Positions 10,509 through 21,879 are shown, counted from the first letter of the stretch. The stretch is DNA of 64,000 nt from Tetramitus jugosus (GCA_937625935.1 OW569373.1:372001-436000); one strand, 5' to 3'. Translations and numbers: made by a program. Notes: generated from the sequence alone by a model not told the origin.

Positions 10509-11475
10509 AGCTCAATGTATGTAGTAAGTATATCAAAAATGTTATGAGCTATGCAAAAAAATAATTTGAGTATGTATGACGTGAAATCACTAGCTAGCTT
10601 CTCTGTTGGAACCTTTGTTGTTTTTTCAAAAATGTTGGTTGGTAGCACTGTGAGAAGGTAGTGGATGTTGGTTGAGTGTGCTGCACTTTTGTTGAGGGTC
10701 CGTGACTCAACCAGCGGGTAGGTGTCTATCTGTTGGTGCGAAACGGTATACAGCGATGGAGTTTTGGCCTGTTCCGGGACAATGGCAAGCGTCAAATGTC
10801 GTTGGAGTATTGATTGGAATATTTGCAGAAGGATAAGCTCAACCCCCCTATGAGCTCGCTCACCACTTACTTAAGGCGAAGTAACGATGCATGCGTCAAT
10901 TTCAAGCGACATCGCGTTATCCCAACGGGATGCATGATATATATCTGATAGATTCGATATTAATGTGGTCAAATGGTCGGTGTTTTACTTGAAGAAAAAT
11001 CGCGCCTTTTGTGGGTTTGCACTTCAACGAGCGGGAAGAAGTGCGAGATCTCGCTCAACGGCCGGACGGAATACATCAGTGATCCAGCAACAACTCAGAA
11101 TTTGAGCAGAAACTTTCAAGAAAGGCTAGGGAATTCGATCGTTATTTGATGCTGAGGATTTCAAGTGTCGTGTACCAACATTATTGGGGATTTGACATGC
11201 CACACACAAAATGGTTTATTCTGCTGCTCCATGATACTCTTCGCCTGAAATCCTGTTCAATTCTCTTTCCCCTTGTACTAATTAGTATGTGGTGATGACT
11301 TCATTGGTGGTTTATAGTGGCGACGCAGTCAACTTCCCTTCTTGAAAATCTGACCATAACTACGGTGAGAGGGACGCGAGTAACAATGGCTTATAAAAGA
11401 AGTCGAGAAGTCATTCATTGTTTTAGAACACTCTTTTACTCTTTCTAGAATTGAAGTATGATACATTTGTTCATC

Positions 11476-14400
11476 TTATGCAGATAATTCTGCGTCACTT
11501 CGTTTGACTTGGCTTGCTTTTCTCTGAACCACTTTGTAACCGACGATTGAACCAAGTATCAGACAAAGAACCAAGAGCACAAGAACAGATAAGCATGCCA
11601 GAACAATGAGAACGATTGCCCAAACAGGAAGACCAGTTTGTTTCTTGGTTTGAGTATCACCACAACCACAAGGATTTGTGCAAGCAACTGCACCATCATC
11701 AGAAACAGCATCTCCAGAGTCTGATTGAACATAGTCGAGAGAAACTGCATGAGCAACTGGTTTGGTGCAAGAACATGTCACAACTCTCTTTCCATTCGGA
11801 AGAGTCACGCCAGAATTGGTTGAACTGGTTCCTGTGGAACAAACAGATGTATCATTTTGCCATGTTCTCGTATTGTTGTCAAAGAATTTGCACACATAGA
11901 TGAATGATGTGTTTCCTTGATTCAAATTCTCATTCACTCCCATTGAACTTGTCACAACTGGTGTTGGGTACTGGTCGAACACTTCTCCAGAGTTCTCACT
12001 GAACACTCGAACTGCAACGACAGGGGACACGAGCTTTGTATTGCACAGACTAGAGTATTGTTGTGGAGGAGATTGATAGATTTCTCCCTGGGCATAAAAT
12101 GAGGCATCATCTTGCAAGTTGTCCAATATTGGCGATGTACTTAGATTCACCACTACTTGCTCTGATTGGCCTGTGTTTGGAACAGTAACATCCAGATCAA
12201 CTACAAGGTCCTCAGTTCTGTTAATTCTTATAGCCACAATCTCCACAGTTTCTATCGATAACTGAAGCGATTCACCTTCCAACAAATTTTCCCTCAATCT
12301 CCGAGTCACAGAGTCAATCAAAAGAGATGCTGATTCAATTTGATTAGTCGAGCTATTGGAGTTGGTCATAATTGGAACAATATTTTTCACTGCAGTGACA
12401 GCTTGGTCAAGAATTGACTGGTCACCAACGTGCTCATCCAACAATCCAGACAAAATACCACTTGTAGTTATGGAAGTTTGTTGTGAGAAGTATTGTGAGA
12501 GACCAGAAAGAGTTGAGATCAGTTCAATCTGTTGCTCTTTGGGAATAGCATCACTTCTAACCTTAATAACATCAATGATGGAGCTCACGATGTTTGTTGT
12601 TTGGGTCTGGTTCATTGTCGATGCAGATTCAACTACATACGCGGTGACGACTCCGCTTTGAGATGACAGAACAGTTGAATTCACTGTGATAAGTGTCTCA
12701 ACTTGGGTGAGGATCAATTCATTCAACTCAGCAGGAACTTGTTTGGTCACGTTAACACTTACAAAATTGGAGGTTGCTGTATCTCCTGATTCAGCCTTTG
12801 CGTGTGCAAACAGTTGGAGAGTTCCAGTCACAGGCATTACGACACTCAAGCTTGGAACAGATGAGAATGAGTTCAACATTGTATCAATCCCGTTCCTTCG
12901 ATATCCAAATCTATACAGTATGTACTTGGAGTTATCGTTAGCTGTCCACCCGTAGGTATTAAAAGAAAATTTATCTGTCAACACGACCCCACTACTGTTA
13001 CTCATAGCCAAAATACCTCCAACTGGTGGAGCACTAACTGTGAATCGAATCGTTTTTGATATGGAGTTATAAATGGTCCTTCCCATAACACTAGAATTGT
13101 CAAAGTAAACAGACAGCTCATATTGCTCACCAGGTGAAAAAGAATTTGGTCTGAAAGATATTGTTCGCATGGTGGAGGTCACTCTATCATTGAGGATCTC
13201 GTCGATATTGAGAACATGACCACTTTGATCCTTGATACTCCAGGACAAACGATAGCTCGAAGCTAGCTCTATTGGTTGGAAATAGGCTGTTGCTTGGAGG
13301 GAATTTGAACGCACAAAGAATCCTGCATCATTCAAATTGATCTTAATATCAATTGTGAGTCTAATTTCGCATTTCTTGCCGTCATATCCAGAGTTACATC
13401 GACAGAAGTCGGGTGATAAACACTTTCCTTGAGAGCTGCAAACAGAAGAATCATTGGCGAGCAAAGAAAAACACTCTGTCACAGTACAATTGTATCCATG
13501 ATATCCACTTCGGCACTTACACTGATCATTGACACAGCTGCCGTGTCCATCACAAACTGATGGAAGTGGAATTGATGGATGGCTACAAGTGACAACTCCA
13601 CAAGTTCCTCCCGCGTAACCTGTATTACAGCTGCACTGATCGTAGGCAACACATCGTCCATGAGAGCTACAGACAGAATAACTAGAAGCTATTACTCCAC
13701 TGCATGTTGGTGTGCATTGAGGTTGCGCATAACCTGATGGACAGTTACAAGTGTCTTCTTTGACACACTGCCCAAAACCACCACAAACACCTTGCTCCTC
13801 TCTATCAATGGAGTAACATGAGAAACTGTTCCTAATGGTTCCGAAGAACAGCTTTTTCCCTCTTTGTTGATCTCCTCTCTGATCTTCAAATTCGGCTCCA
13901 TGATCTCCAAGGGTACCGAATACCTTCACAATACTTGATACTGGATTGATTGACAAACCAAAAGTGACTCCAAAATCAAATTCTCCACTAATCAACCTCA
14001 CAACAGGTGGTTGACCAAGTATGTGCTTTGCCACATATATCATTGGTTTTCCGCTATTCACATCTTTGATAGGAACACCCATGTAGTCTCCATTACTCTT
14101 GACTTGTCCTGTGATATAAAATGAATGACCATCCATATCAGCAACCATACTCTGAGGACTTATCGAACCATCCGCCTGGGCAATTGTTTCATGTCCAAAA
14201 CTACTAAGATCCGCTGAAGCTTCCAATAAGAAGGTGGTCATTGTATCAGGTTTTCCAAACGAAATTGGATCAAAGAAAGCCTCGTCTGTCACATAACCGG
14301 TCAAAAATAGCTTTCCTTCAAGGAGAACCACTCCTCTGACATCGTCATCACTTGCACTACCACCAGTGATGAACTTGTTCCAGCTAAGTTTATCATTAAT

Positions 14401-15312
14401 AAATTGGAACGAAGCTAAGAATATATCTTTGCTTCCATAAGAATGCTGTGTGACACCTGTCAATGATAATTCATCGATGAATGATCCTACGAGATAAAAT
14501 GCATTAGAAGTGTCATCTATTACCAATGAAGCTGCAGAAACAAGATAATCTGAATGATAGATAAGGTAGTCCAATATTTCTCCATCTCTATCTATCCTCA
14601 ATATGAACATGGCAAATGTATCTTCCTTTTGAGTAACGTCAGATAGTTGCTCGTCATTTCGGTGCCACATTACATAACCCCTTACATCTCCAATCAGTAT
14701 CATGGATGAATCTCTCTTGGTGTCCAGAACCAATTGACGCACTTGAAGATAACCAGGGGATAAACTTGAATACAAAGAGTCAAACCACATGACAGAGCCA
14801 TCCTCAACTTTCATTTTCATCACAAAACCATTGTGAGTATGACTTTGGCCAAACACCGTGTCATCCAACGTAAAATTGTAGTGGAAACTACCTGATACGA
14901 GCAAGGACAATGCATCATCCATTGTCATTCCCGTGACCTGGAATTGATTATTGAACATCTGGGAGTCAACCATACTGATTAACTTGGTCCATATCACCTT
15001 TTTCTCATCTTCAGAGAGGCAAACAATGAAGGAATATTCTTGGGTTGTAAGTGATAAACTTGACGCGTCAATTATCATATCTACTCCATCCAAATCACGC
15101 CCTAAATCGATCCTGTCCCCTGTAGCCTTTCCTGCCAAAAAAGTGAACTTGGAGTCACTTGAAGCAACCGAGAAATAGGAATGTGAGTAATAAGAGTCCT
15201 CACTTGGATAACCAATCTTTGCATGTGTAACAAAGAGTTCTTCACAGAGGGCAAAGGTCACTGTAAACAGCAAGAACAACAGCAATGTTGCAATCAATCG
15301 AGTATGGATCAT
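11476..15312 (-). CDS. Type I membrane protein: signal peptide, beta-propeller-like region, EGF repeats, REJ domain, GAIN/GPS-like region, single TM (polycystin-1-like ectodomain)
   Basis: N-terminal hydrophobic signal; EGF repeats (CSSHGRC, CSSQGKC); REJ-like PPVGG...SGVVLTDKFSF...GW...LYRFGY; GPS-like CKFFDNNTRTW...C...VTCSC; TM WAIVLIVLACLSVLVLLVLCLILGSIVGY followed by a short basic tail. Confidence 0.8.
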   Translation of the reverse strand: MIHTRLIATLLLFLLFTVTFALCEELFVTHAKIGYPSEDSYYSHSYFSVASSDSKFTFLAGKATGDRIDLGRDLDGVDMIIDASSLSLTTQEYSFIVCLSEDEKKVIWTKLISMVDSQMFNNQFQVTGMTMDDALSLLVSGSFHYNFTLDDTVFGQSHTHNGFVMKMKVEDGSVMWFDSLYSSLSPGYLQVRQLVLDTKRDSSMILIGDVRGYVMWHRNDEQLSDVTQKEDTFAMFILRIDRDGEILDYLIYHSDYLVSAASLVIDDTSNAFYLVGSFIDELSLTGVTQHSYGSKDIFLASFQFINDKLSWNKFITGGSASDDDVRGVVLLEGKLFLTGYVTDEAFFDPISFGKPDTMTTFLLEASADLSSFGHETIAQADGSISPQSMVADMDGHSFYITGQVKSNGDYMGVPIKDVNSGKPMIYVAKHILGQPPVVRLISGEFDFGVTFGLSINPVSSIVKVFGTLGDHGAEFEDQRGDQQRGKKLFFGTIRNSFSCYSIDREEQGVCGGFGQCVKEDTCNCPSGYAQPQCTPTCSGVIASSYSVCSSHGRCVAYDQCSCNTGYAGGTCGVVTCSHPSIPLPSVCDGHGSCVNDQCKCRSGYHGYNCTVTECFSLLANDSSVCSSQGKCLSPDFCRCNSGYDGKKCEIRLTIDIKINLNDAGFFVRSNSLQATAYFQPIELASSYRLSWSIKDQSGHVLNIDEILNDRVTSTMRTISFRPNSFSPGEQYELSVYFDNSSVMGRTIYNSISKTIRFTVSAPPVGGILAMSNSSGVVLTDKFSFNTYGWTANDNSKYILYRFGYRRNGIDTMLNSFSSVPSLSVVMPVTGTLQLFAHAKAESGDTATSNFVSVNVTKQVPAELNELILTQVETLITVNSTVLSSQSGVVTAYVVESASTMNQTQTTNIVSSIIDVIKVRSDAIPKEQQIELISTLSGLSQYFSQQTSITTSGILSGLLDEHVGDQSILDQAVTAVKNIVPIMTNSNSSTNQIESASLLIDSVTRRLRENLLEGESLQLSIETVEIVAIRINRTEDLVVDLDVTVPNTGQSEQVVVNLSTSPILDNLQDDASFYAQGEIYQSPPQQYSSLCNTKLVSPVVAVRVFSENSGEVFDQYPTPVVTSSMGVNENLNQGNTSFIYVCKFFDNNTRTWQNDTSVCSTGTSSTNSGVTLPNGKRVVTCSCTKPVAHAVSLDYVQSDSGDAVSDDGAVACTNPCGCGDTQTKKQTGLPVWAIVLIVLACLSVLVLLVLCLILGSIVGYKVVQRKASQVKRSDAELSA

Positions 15313-15359
15313 CTATTGCACAGTAGATCGTTAGTTGTCGTGATATCGTTTGATAATAA

Positions 15360-16320
15360 ACAGAGTAAACCAGAGATCATAATGACTATCCTGCCATTAT
15401 GCAAAAAGGGTCTGTTTTCCGACGCCTCTAGGGATACCCATTCATCCATCAACCCTGGAATAAAAGTGCGAAGCCCTGATTACCCTCTGGGAGAAACCTT
15501 TGGGTATCAGGTGAACATTTCATGACGGAAATTTTGTTCTGCGATGTATGCGGGAGGAACTTCACAAGACCTTATGAAGAAATGGAAAATTGCGCGAAAT
15601 CTGAATGTTTATCAAGCCCCAGTTGTCAGCCAGTTCGAATTGCAGCTTTGATCGAGACGTCAGCATCACGAATCGATCATGAGAGTACTGACCTCTCAAA
15701 TACACTCCTTCACCTTTAAAATCCCATTGCACAGAAAGTATTTTGGACTGAATGTCCCAATAGGAAGTCCGTAAATTGTACTTGTTGTGGTTAAAACCCA
15801 GACTAACGACAGCACCACACGACTTGTCATCTGGCGATTCCACAACCAAAACTTCTGCCATCCTTGGACATATCAAAGAGAATCGTCACATCTGATTGTT
15901 CCGTCAAAGTTGTAAATGGTAATCATATTGTTCGAAGTGGCTGTGGCCACTAATACTTCATTATCATCCACGCCCACTGAAGCTTCTGCCACTGCGAGCA
16001 TGCTTCAATGACTTTGAATGACTCACAAACTGTTGAACAATTTGACCATCAGACACATTCCAAAGAATGGCAGTCTTGTCCTCAGATCCAGAAACAACAA
16101 AGGATCTTGAAGAATCTCGAATGCCCTGATGGCATCGGTGTCCGTGTCAGAAAACTCATGAATGATTATAGAAGGGATGTCTTCGTCAAGTCCGATTGCA
16201 CAAAAATGGCCCTCAAAGCATGAAGCCAAGAACTTGGCTCTGTGATTGGATCTTTGAATAATTTGTCTTCAAACTTCACAAACTTCTTTTCCCAGGTTGG
16301 TTCCGCCTTGATCCAATTAA
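15360..16320 (-). pseudogene. Probable degraded protein-coding relic (beta-rich, family unidentified)
   Basis: Protein-like text switches frames and is broken by stops (NWIKAEPTWEKKFVKFEDKLF; CFEGHFCAIGLDEDIPSIIIHEF; VLVATATSNNMITIYNFDG; YNLRTSYWDIQSKILS). No intact ORF. Confidence 0.3.
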
Positions 16321-16685
16321 TAAAACCCCTGCTATTTTTTATCGGTTTTGCTTAAAAATTCTCAATACTCCGACATGTCATCCTGACACATGACAGGTTT
16401 TCACGAACAGTCCTCTTCTGCACACCCCTCCGAGTACATTGAGAAGAATTGTGAATCACACAACGAGCAACATTGAGAATCAAAGCACAACAAACAACGT
16501 AATCGAAACAGCGACATCTCCCACCACCAAAAAAGATAGTGTGGTACCCTTTCTTTTGCGCTCCCACCCAACAACATCCGAAACATCTTTGCACTCCCAT
16601 CCAACAACAACGAACCAACAACCAAACCATCCTTTTCAGCAAAAAAAAATTAACAACAAACAGCGACAAGCAATAGCAACAACAA

Positions 16686-19600
16686 ATGGGAAAACTGAAA
16701 CACAAATTCTTTAGCAAAGTGAAAAACTTTCTCAACACGCAGAACAATTCAACAGATTCGTCCTCCTCTACCAACAACAACAATCAAACTGACAATACCA
16801 ACGAAAGCAACGACTCTGATTCGTTACCAAATTCTCCGCCAACTGACTCCGCTACCATCGAAAATGGCAAGCAAAACAAAAAAAAGAGGAATTCAATTTC
16901 AGTGTTTCTCTCGTCCATTACATCCAACAACAGCAGCAACAATAACAACAAATCCAACAACAGCTCAAACAGTGCACCAACGAGTCCTACTACAAGTGAG
17001 GATCAAGAAGCTTTGGCCATTGAACAGCTACGAGTTGCCATTTCACAAAATGATCAAAGCTTTGGTGGCACAGAGAACTCACAACAACAACAGAACAACA
17101 ATTCACAATCATTGACACCTGTTTCACCTACAGTTGGCACCTCATCAGCCAACTATAGCTATAATGGTACTCCTACGACAACAATGAATAATAACAACAG
17201 TGTCAGTAGCAGTGGTAGTGATACAGAGTCAGCTGATTTGAGCAGTAGTGGAAAAGAGGTGAAAAAAGCGCGAAGAAAGAGTATTACCAAAGTGTTGGCC
17301 ACTGCGCTCAAGAAACACGTGACAAAGCTTGGTCGTAAAAATTCAACGACAGAAGACGACAAGAATAAAAATGGCGCCAAGAGAAAAAATCCCAATCGAA
17401 AGAAAAATGGCGCCAAAAACGACGACTACGATGATGAAGACGAGTATGATGAGGATGATGAAGACGATGATGAAGATGATGAAGAGTTCTATAGGGACAA
17501 CATGAATGGACTCGCATCGTCTCCCAATGGCAACAAGGGCAACTCACCACATCAAACACCCATCAACTATGCTGAGCTAACAGTGGAGCAAGTGTTGGAC
17601 TTGAACAATATTGTAGAAATGTGCAGAGATACAAATGATTGGAAGCTTGTACAGTACTTGAGTCGCTTCGATGTCATTGAAAGGCTCGTTTCCTATGTTG
17701 TTGTAGATTACACGAGTGCGTCATCATTCATGACGCAAGGAGGTGCTTCTCTCGCTCAAGACAGTGAGGTGAAGCGATTCATTGCAATGCAAGATGCCAA
17801 AGATTCGCAACAAGTGCTCACAGCAAGCAACGGAAAAGTGTTGACCATTGGTAACTCACCTAGGCCGTTGGGAGAGTATGATGAGTATGCAGACAATGAG
17901 AATGGATCAGATATGATACGGAACAATTATTACCTCATGAATATGCTCAGCGATCAAACAGATTCGACTCACATGTTGAAACTGAGACTCAAGTATCCAA
18001 CTACAGCATCAGATATTTTGTGCTCAGTGTTGGGTCAGAGATGTATATTGCCACAATTGTTTAATGATTATCAGCTGGCTGGTCAGTCAACAGATGTTCA
18101 AGATTCTCAAACTTCATCAGCGACTCCGACTTCGGATCAACAAGAGCACCATACTTCATCAGATCATGAAGGTGATGTGGATCCGAGTCGTATGCTTTCT
18201 TCTTCGTCTGCTCCCTCTCCTACTTCTCCTCTGGCGTGTTCGTTGAGCGCAGAACAAGATGGAAAGAAAAAGCGACGAAAAAAGAAGAAGGTGTCAGATT
18301 TTGAAATTCAACAACAGCAACGGACGAACCAGTTGCAAGAGTTGTTGTTTGGATTTGTGAATCAGAAGGATTTGCCCTTGCATCTCATTCGTCCATTCAA
18401 TCAACTATTAATTCATATAATTAAGATGAATTCTGAAGTGACGCGACACTTCATGTGGTATGTGATTTCATTGGCTATGATTGTTTCATTATTGATTTTC
18501 ATTGCAGCTGACACAATATTGTTTTTGTTGACTGTGTATAGTTTCCTGTATGATTACAAGGATGGACACGTACTCAAACAGTTCGTCAAACACGTTCACA
18601 CGACTGATGATATTTGCGAGTTGCTGATCTTGTGTCTGCTCTATCAAACAAAAGCAAGTTCCTTTATTTTGAATGATGGTGTGTCTGACATACCTTTCAA
18701 ACCATCAGACATTGCACTTGAAGAAGCCAGAATAGCTGTCAAGTACAATGTTGTGGGACAGCTCTACTCGTACATTACAAACATTAGATACTCTGAGAAC
18801 ATTAGTGCAATCTTGTCAACGATTGTCACATTGCCCACCAGTTCTCTTCTCTATAGATACCTGGTAGGAAGAGGGGAGTTAATAGTATCCATGATTGACC
18901 AAATGTTTGGTCTGTATAAAAGCGATGGTGGAGAAGCGGATATTGACACTCAGACTGTGTGTGGTGAAGTGATTGACTTTTTCTGTACACTAATTCTTCA
19001 TGCTCACATCACCGACCCGAGTGTGCAAGCTATTCTATCTAGTCTCCCAGCATTATCAGCTCTTCTGATAGCATCCGATCAGAACATGAACGATCCTATT
19101 GATGACATGGTGCGCCCAAGAGCATTGGGTGTCTTCCGGTTAAAATTAGTCGAGTTATTCGTCATTCTATTCAAGCACTATCCAGTGTTGACGGGACCCG
19201 TGGAGTTTGTAAAGTCCCGAGGCATGGAAATGACAGAGGAACAGCGACTGTTACACCAACAGAAGCAACAACAATTCCAACAGAGAGAACTCTCATATGA
19301 CAACGATCTAGCAGACATGCTCATTCAATCATGTGTATTGCAACATTGCTCATGGTTGTTCTTCAGGTACCAAAATCATAACATTCTTCACAATCTGGTG
19401 ACTCACTTGATTACATGTCTACTGGACAATGGTCTAAAGCCATTTACAGATATTTTGTTGGGTGAGTGTGAACTGGTTTATCGGATCCTTGAAGCCTTTG
19501 ACCGCAATCGACACTACATCAAGTGTACTCGAGTCTCACTGGGATTCATGGGTCACTTGAGTATTATTGCGGCATGTGTTGACGAGAATGTGGACATGTC

Positions 19601-19736
19601 GCTGGAACCAGTTGACGTACAGGGTAGATGGGGTAGATTTAGAATTTACCTGGAACAAAAACACTTCTTGGAATGTGAGTACCGTCATGGAGGCACGATA
19701 CCTCTGCCCGACAACTTTCACAACCCATTATTATAA
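16686..19736 (+). CDS. SIT4-associated (SAPS)/PP6 regulatory subunit family protein; probable in-frame intron 18458-18541
   Basis: SAPS-type motifs LKYPTTASDIL, LGVFRLKLVELF, FFRYQNHNILHNLV, LGFMGHLSIIA; low-complexity N-terminus; 84-nt GTATGT...GCTGAC...TAG segment. Confidence 0.8.
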   Translation: MGKLKHKFFSKVKNFLNTQNNSTDSSSSTNNNNQTDNTNESNDSDSLPNSPPTDSATIENGKQNKKKRNSISVFLSSITSNNSSNNNNKSNNSSNSAPTSPTTSEDQEALAIEQLRVAISQNDQSFGGTENSQQQQNNNSQSLTPVSPTVGTSSANYSYNGTPTTTMNNNNSVSSSGSDTESADLSSSGKEVKKARRKSITKVLATALKKHVTKLGRKNSTTEDDKNKNGAKRKNPNRKKNGAKNDDYDDEDEYDEDDEDDDEDDEEFYRDNMNGLASSPNGNKGNSPHQTPINYAELTVEQVLDLNNIVEMCRDTNDWKLVQYLSRFDVIERLVSYVVVDYTSASSFMTQGGASLAQDSEVKRFIAMQDAKDSQQVLTASNGKVLTIGNSPRPLGEYDEYADNENGSDMIRNNYYLMNMLSDQTDSTHMLKLRLKYPTTASDILCSVLGQRCILPQLFNDYQLAGQSTDVQDSQTSSATPTSDQQEHHTSSDHEGDVDPSRMLSSSSAPSPTSPLACSLSAEQDGKKKRRKKKKVSDFEIQQQQRTNQLQELLFGFVNQKDLPLHLIRPFNQLLIHIIKMNSEVTRHFMWYVISLAMIVSLLIFIAADTILFLLTVYSFLYDYKDGHVLKQFVKHVHTTDDICELLILCLLYQTKASSFILNDGVSDIPFKPSDIALEEARIAVKYNVVGQLYSYITNIRYSENISAILSTIVTLPTSSLLYRYLVGRGELIVSMIDQMFGLYKSDGGEADIDTQTVCGEVIDFFCTLILHAHITDPSVQAILSSLPALSALLIASDQNMNDPIDDMVRPRALGVFRLKLVELFVILFKHYPVLTGPVEFVKSRGMEMTEEQRLLHQQKQQQFQQRELSYDNDLADMLIQSCVLQHCSWLFFRYQNHNILHNLVTHLITCLLDNGLKPFTDILLGECELVYRILEAFDRNRHYIKCTRVSLGFMGHLSIIAACVDENVDMSLEPVDVQGRWGRFRIYLEQKHFLECEYRHGGTIPLPDNFHNPLL

Positions 19737-20139
19737 CTAATACATGGACAGTCATTTATTCCACATTCTAGCTTGAACCATTGAACACAACAAGTAAATA
19801 AATATTGATTCACTTGACAACTCTCTAGGTTGATCACCTTCACATCTGGAAACAAAATTGTTTGTACCTAATCTGGCTGGGAACTCGTTGTATACTCGAT
19901 GCTCCACAGCAAAGGATGGCACACTTCTATGGAAGAGTGTGCAACCGAAATGTTGGGACCAGGTGAAGACTTCCTAATCCACTTCCTGCACGGACTTCGT
20001 GATTCATTGTATGAGAGCTCACTAGTCATGTCCACTGAAAAAGTCTTCCGCAAGCAACATCACTCAAATTCCTTGTGGTATTACCCCTTTTTTTCTGTTT
20101 CGCCGCCAAATTTTTTCGTGCGATCGCACCAAAACAAGA

Positions 20140-21879
20140 ATGCAAGCAGAAACAAACAACAGAAGAGTTGATCATGTCCCAACCATGGTAAATCAAAGAA
20201 ACACTGTTCTTGTTTCAGTCAACGACTACCTCCCATTGGACATTGATGACGAATTGCCGGAGGAACTCTTGACGAATTTTACGCCGCAACTTTACAAACT
20301 CAATATTTCCGCCTGTCACGTCAACTACAATCTTTGCGCGTCAACTAAAAAAATTTTAATCTACGGAAATGAGCTGAATGGCGGTGGAGCGAGCAGAAAA
20401 TTTGAAACTACTGAAAATACCACGAATGCTCCGATCGAAACGACACCCGTGCGCAAAGTGATTTTTCCTGATGAAATTAATCATGTTCGGAGTTGCTCCG
20501 CACCAGGTTTACAACAAGAGAGTGTCGCTATCGTCGGCGATTCTGGTGTCGTCGCGCTCATTCTCGTAGATGACCAAACGGGCAATGCTCGCTGTTTTCA
20601 TTTTACCATGCCTCAAGTGGAATCAGCTTGGAGCGTTTGCTACAATGAACATTTCCTCGTGTGCGGCAGCAACAGTCATCGCTTGACGGTTTGGCCCATA
20701 CAAAAAACTGATTTTTCCTCTAGTCTCGCGCCAGCAGCTTCGACGGATGAAAGCTTTACATCAGTGAACGTCGCCTATGGACACATGACAGAGACAAACA
20801 AACTTGCGTTCGAGCTACCAGGACATGATCACAACGTTCCTTGCATCGATATGCATCCAACCAAAAATCTTGTTGCTTCCGTGTCCATTGACGGTTCCGT
20901 AAAGATTTGGCGCCTTTCTCCTGATCAATCCCATTGTGCCTGTCTCAATCAATGGAGAGTACCTCATCCATCTGATCCCTCTTCCTCTACCTATACAAGG
21001 AGAACAAGAAACACAGGACGTAATAGAGCTACGAGTAATCAAGATAGTCCTACAAGACAAGAAACGCGCCAAAATGCCCAACTACAGCAAGCTGATGAAG
21101 AAACTGCCAATGGGCAACAAGATCTTGGCGATGATGATGATGATGACAACTTGGATGAAAGAGAATGGGCTTGGTCTGTTCGGTGGTACCCCAATTCTCT
21201 CTCCAATAGCAAGTTTATTGCCAATGATGAACAATTCAAGAATCATTCATTGTTTGTTCATCGAGATTCACATGAGAGATTGAAGTTGATGGCTAACATG
21301 CAGTTGGAAGAGGGTTCTCTTATGGAATCTACCACCACAGAAGAAAGTCCTAATCTTGGTGATAATAACAGTAATGTTGATGAGAGACCTGATTCTGATG
21401 ATTTGCTTGTCATTGGAACAAAGCATCATGTGTATCTGTTGAATGCAAGCACTTTTGAGCTCCTGAGCTGGTTCTTTTTCTGCCCAAAGCGGCTTTCCAT
21501 GTACTTGCCTCATTCTCTCTTGTCCAGTTTTAGTCGATTGAGTCTATTGGAGGTCATTCCTGAATTTTCATGCATTTTGGTCGCTTCTCAGACTGACAAG
21601 AAAATCTTGTTGGTTCGAGTGTTGCGTCACATGTGCCCTCGAGAGCAAAAGATGAAGTACTGCATGAAACCGGAGGCTGTATTGCCAAATGGAGAGTCAA
21701 AGACAGGAGGAGATTCCAACTATCCGATTGGTTCATTCAGTACGCAGATTCTTCCGAATCGTGATGGATTCCTAGTACGGATACTGTTCTTGGATAAGTC
21801 GTGTCGCATAGTCGTTGTGAAGAGTGGTTTTACTAATCTGATGGATCCTTGCTTCCAAGTTTCCGAAGTTATGATATGA
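20140..21879 (+). CDS. WD40/beta-propeller protein, Crt10-like
   Basis: ESAWSV...GSNSH.LTVW, GHDHNVPCIDMHP...ASVSIDGSVKIW, WAWSV and SRL...IPEFSCILVASQ resemble the Crt10 family pattern. Confidence 0.65.
   Translation: MQAETNNRRVDHVPTMVNQRNTVLVSVNDYLPLDIDDELPEELLTNFTPQLYKLNISACHVNYNLCASTKKILIYGNELNGGGASRKFETTENTTNAPIETTPVRKVIFPDEINHVRSCSAPGLQQESVAIVGDSGVVALILVDDQTGNARCFHFTMPQVESAWSVCYNEHFLVCGSNSHRLTVWPIQKTDFSSSLAPAASTDESFTSVNVAYGHMTETNKLAFELPGHDHNVPCIDMHPTKNLVASVSIDGSVKIWRLSPDQSHCACLNQWRVPHPSDPSSSTYTRRTRNTGRNRATSNQDSPTRQETRQNAQLQQADEETANGQQDLGDDDDDDNLDEREWAWSVRWYPNSLSNSKFIANDEQFKNHSLFVHRDSHERLKLMANMQLEEGSLMESTTTEESPNLGDNNSNVDERPDSDDLLVIGTKHHVYLLNASTFELLSWFFFCPKRLSMYLPHSLLSSFSRLSLLEVIPEFSCILVASQTDKKILLVRVLRHMCPREQKMKYCMKPEAVLPNGESKTGGDSNYPIGSFSTQILPNRDGFLVRILFLDKSCRIVVVKSGFTNLMDPCFQVSEVMI

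Noticed and set aside
10800-11400. Intergenic stretch with broken reading frames and small hairpins
   Set aside because: No recognisable protein motif or RNA family; not enough to support a call.
15378-15560. Hairpins plus AAAAAGGG, resembling the 5' end of U11 snRNA
   Set aside because: No matching closing helix or correctly placed Sm site; the minus strand reads as a continuation of the degraded coding relic.
16600-17500. (CAA)n and (GAT)n microsatellite-like tracts here and at other gene starts
   Set aside because: Ordinary low-complexity Asn/Gln/Thr/Asp coding and 5' leader composition seen throughout the window.
19870-20055. Possible U3-, SRP- or MRP-like RNA (AAGACTTTTTCAGTGG on the minus strand; GCACACT hairpin)
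   Set aside because: Required boxes (A', C/D, SRP helix 8, P4 pairing order) were not found; an Infernal/Rfam search would be needed to make any call.
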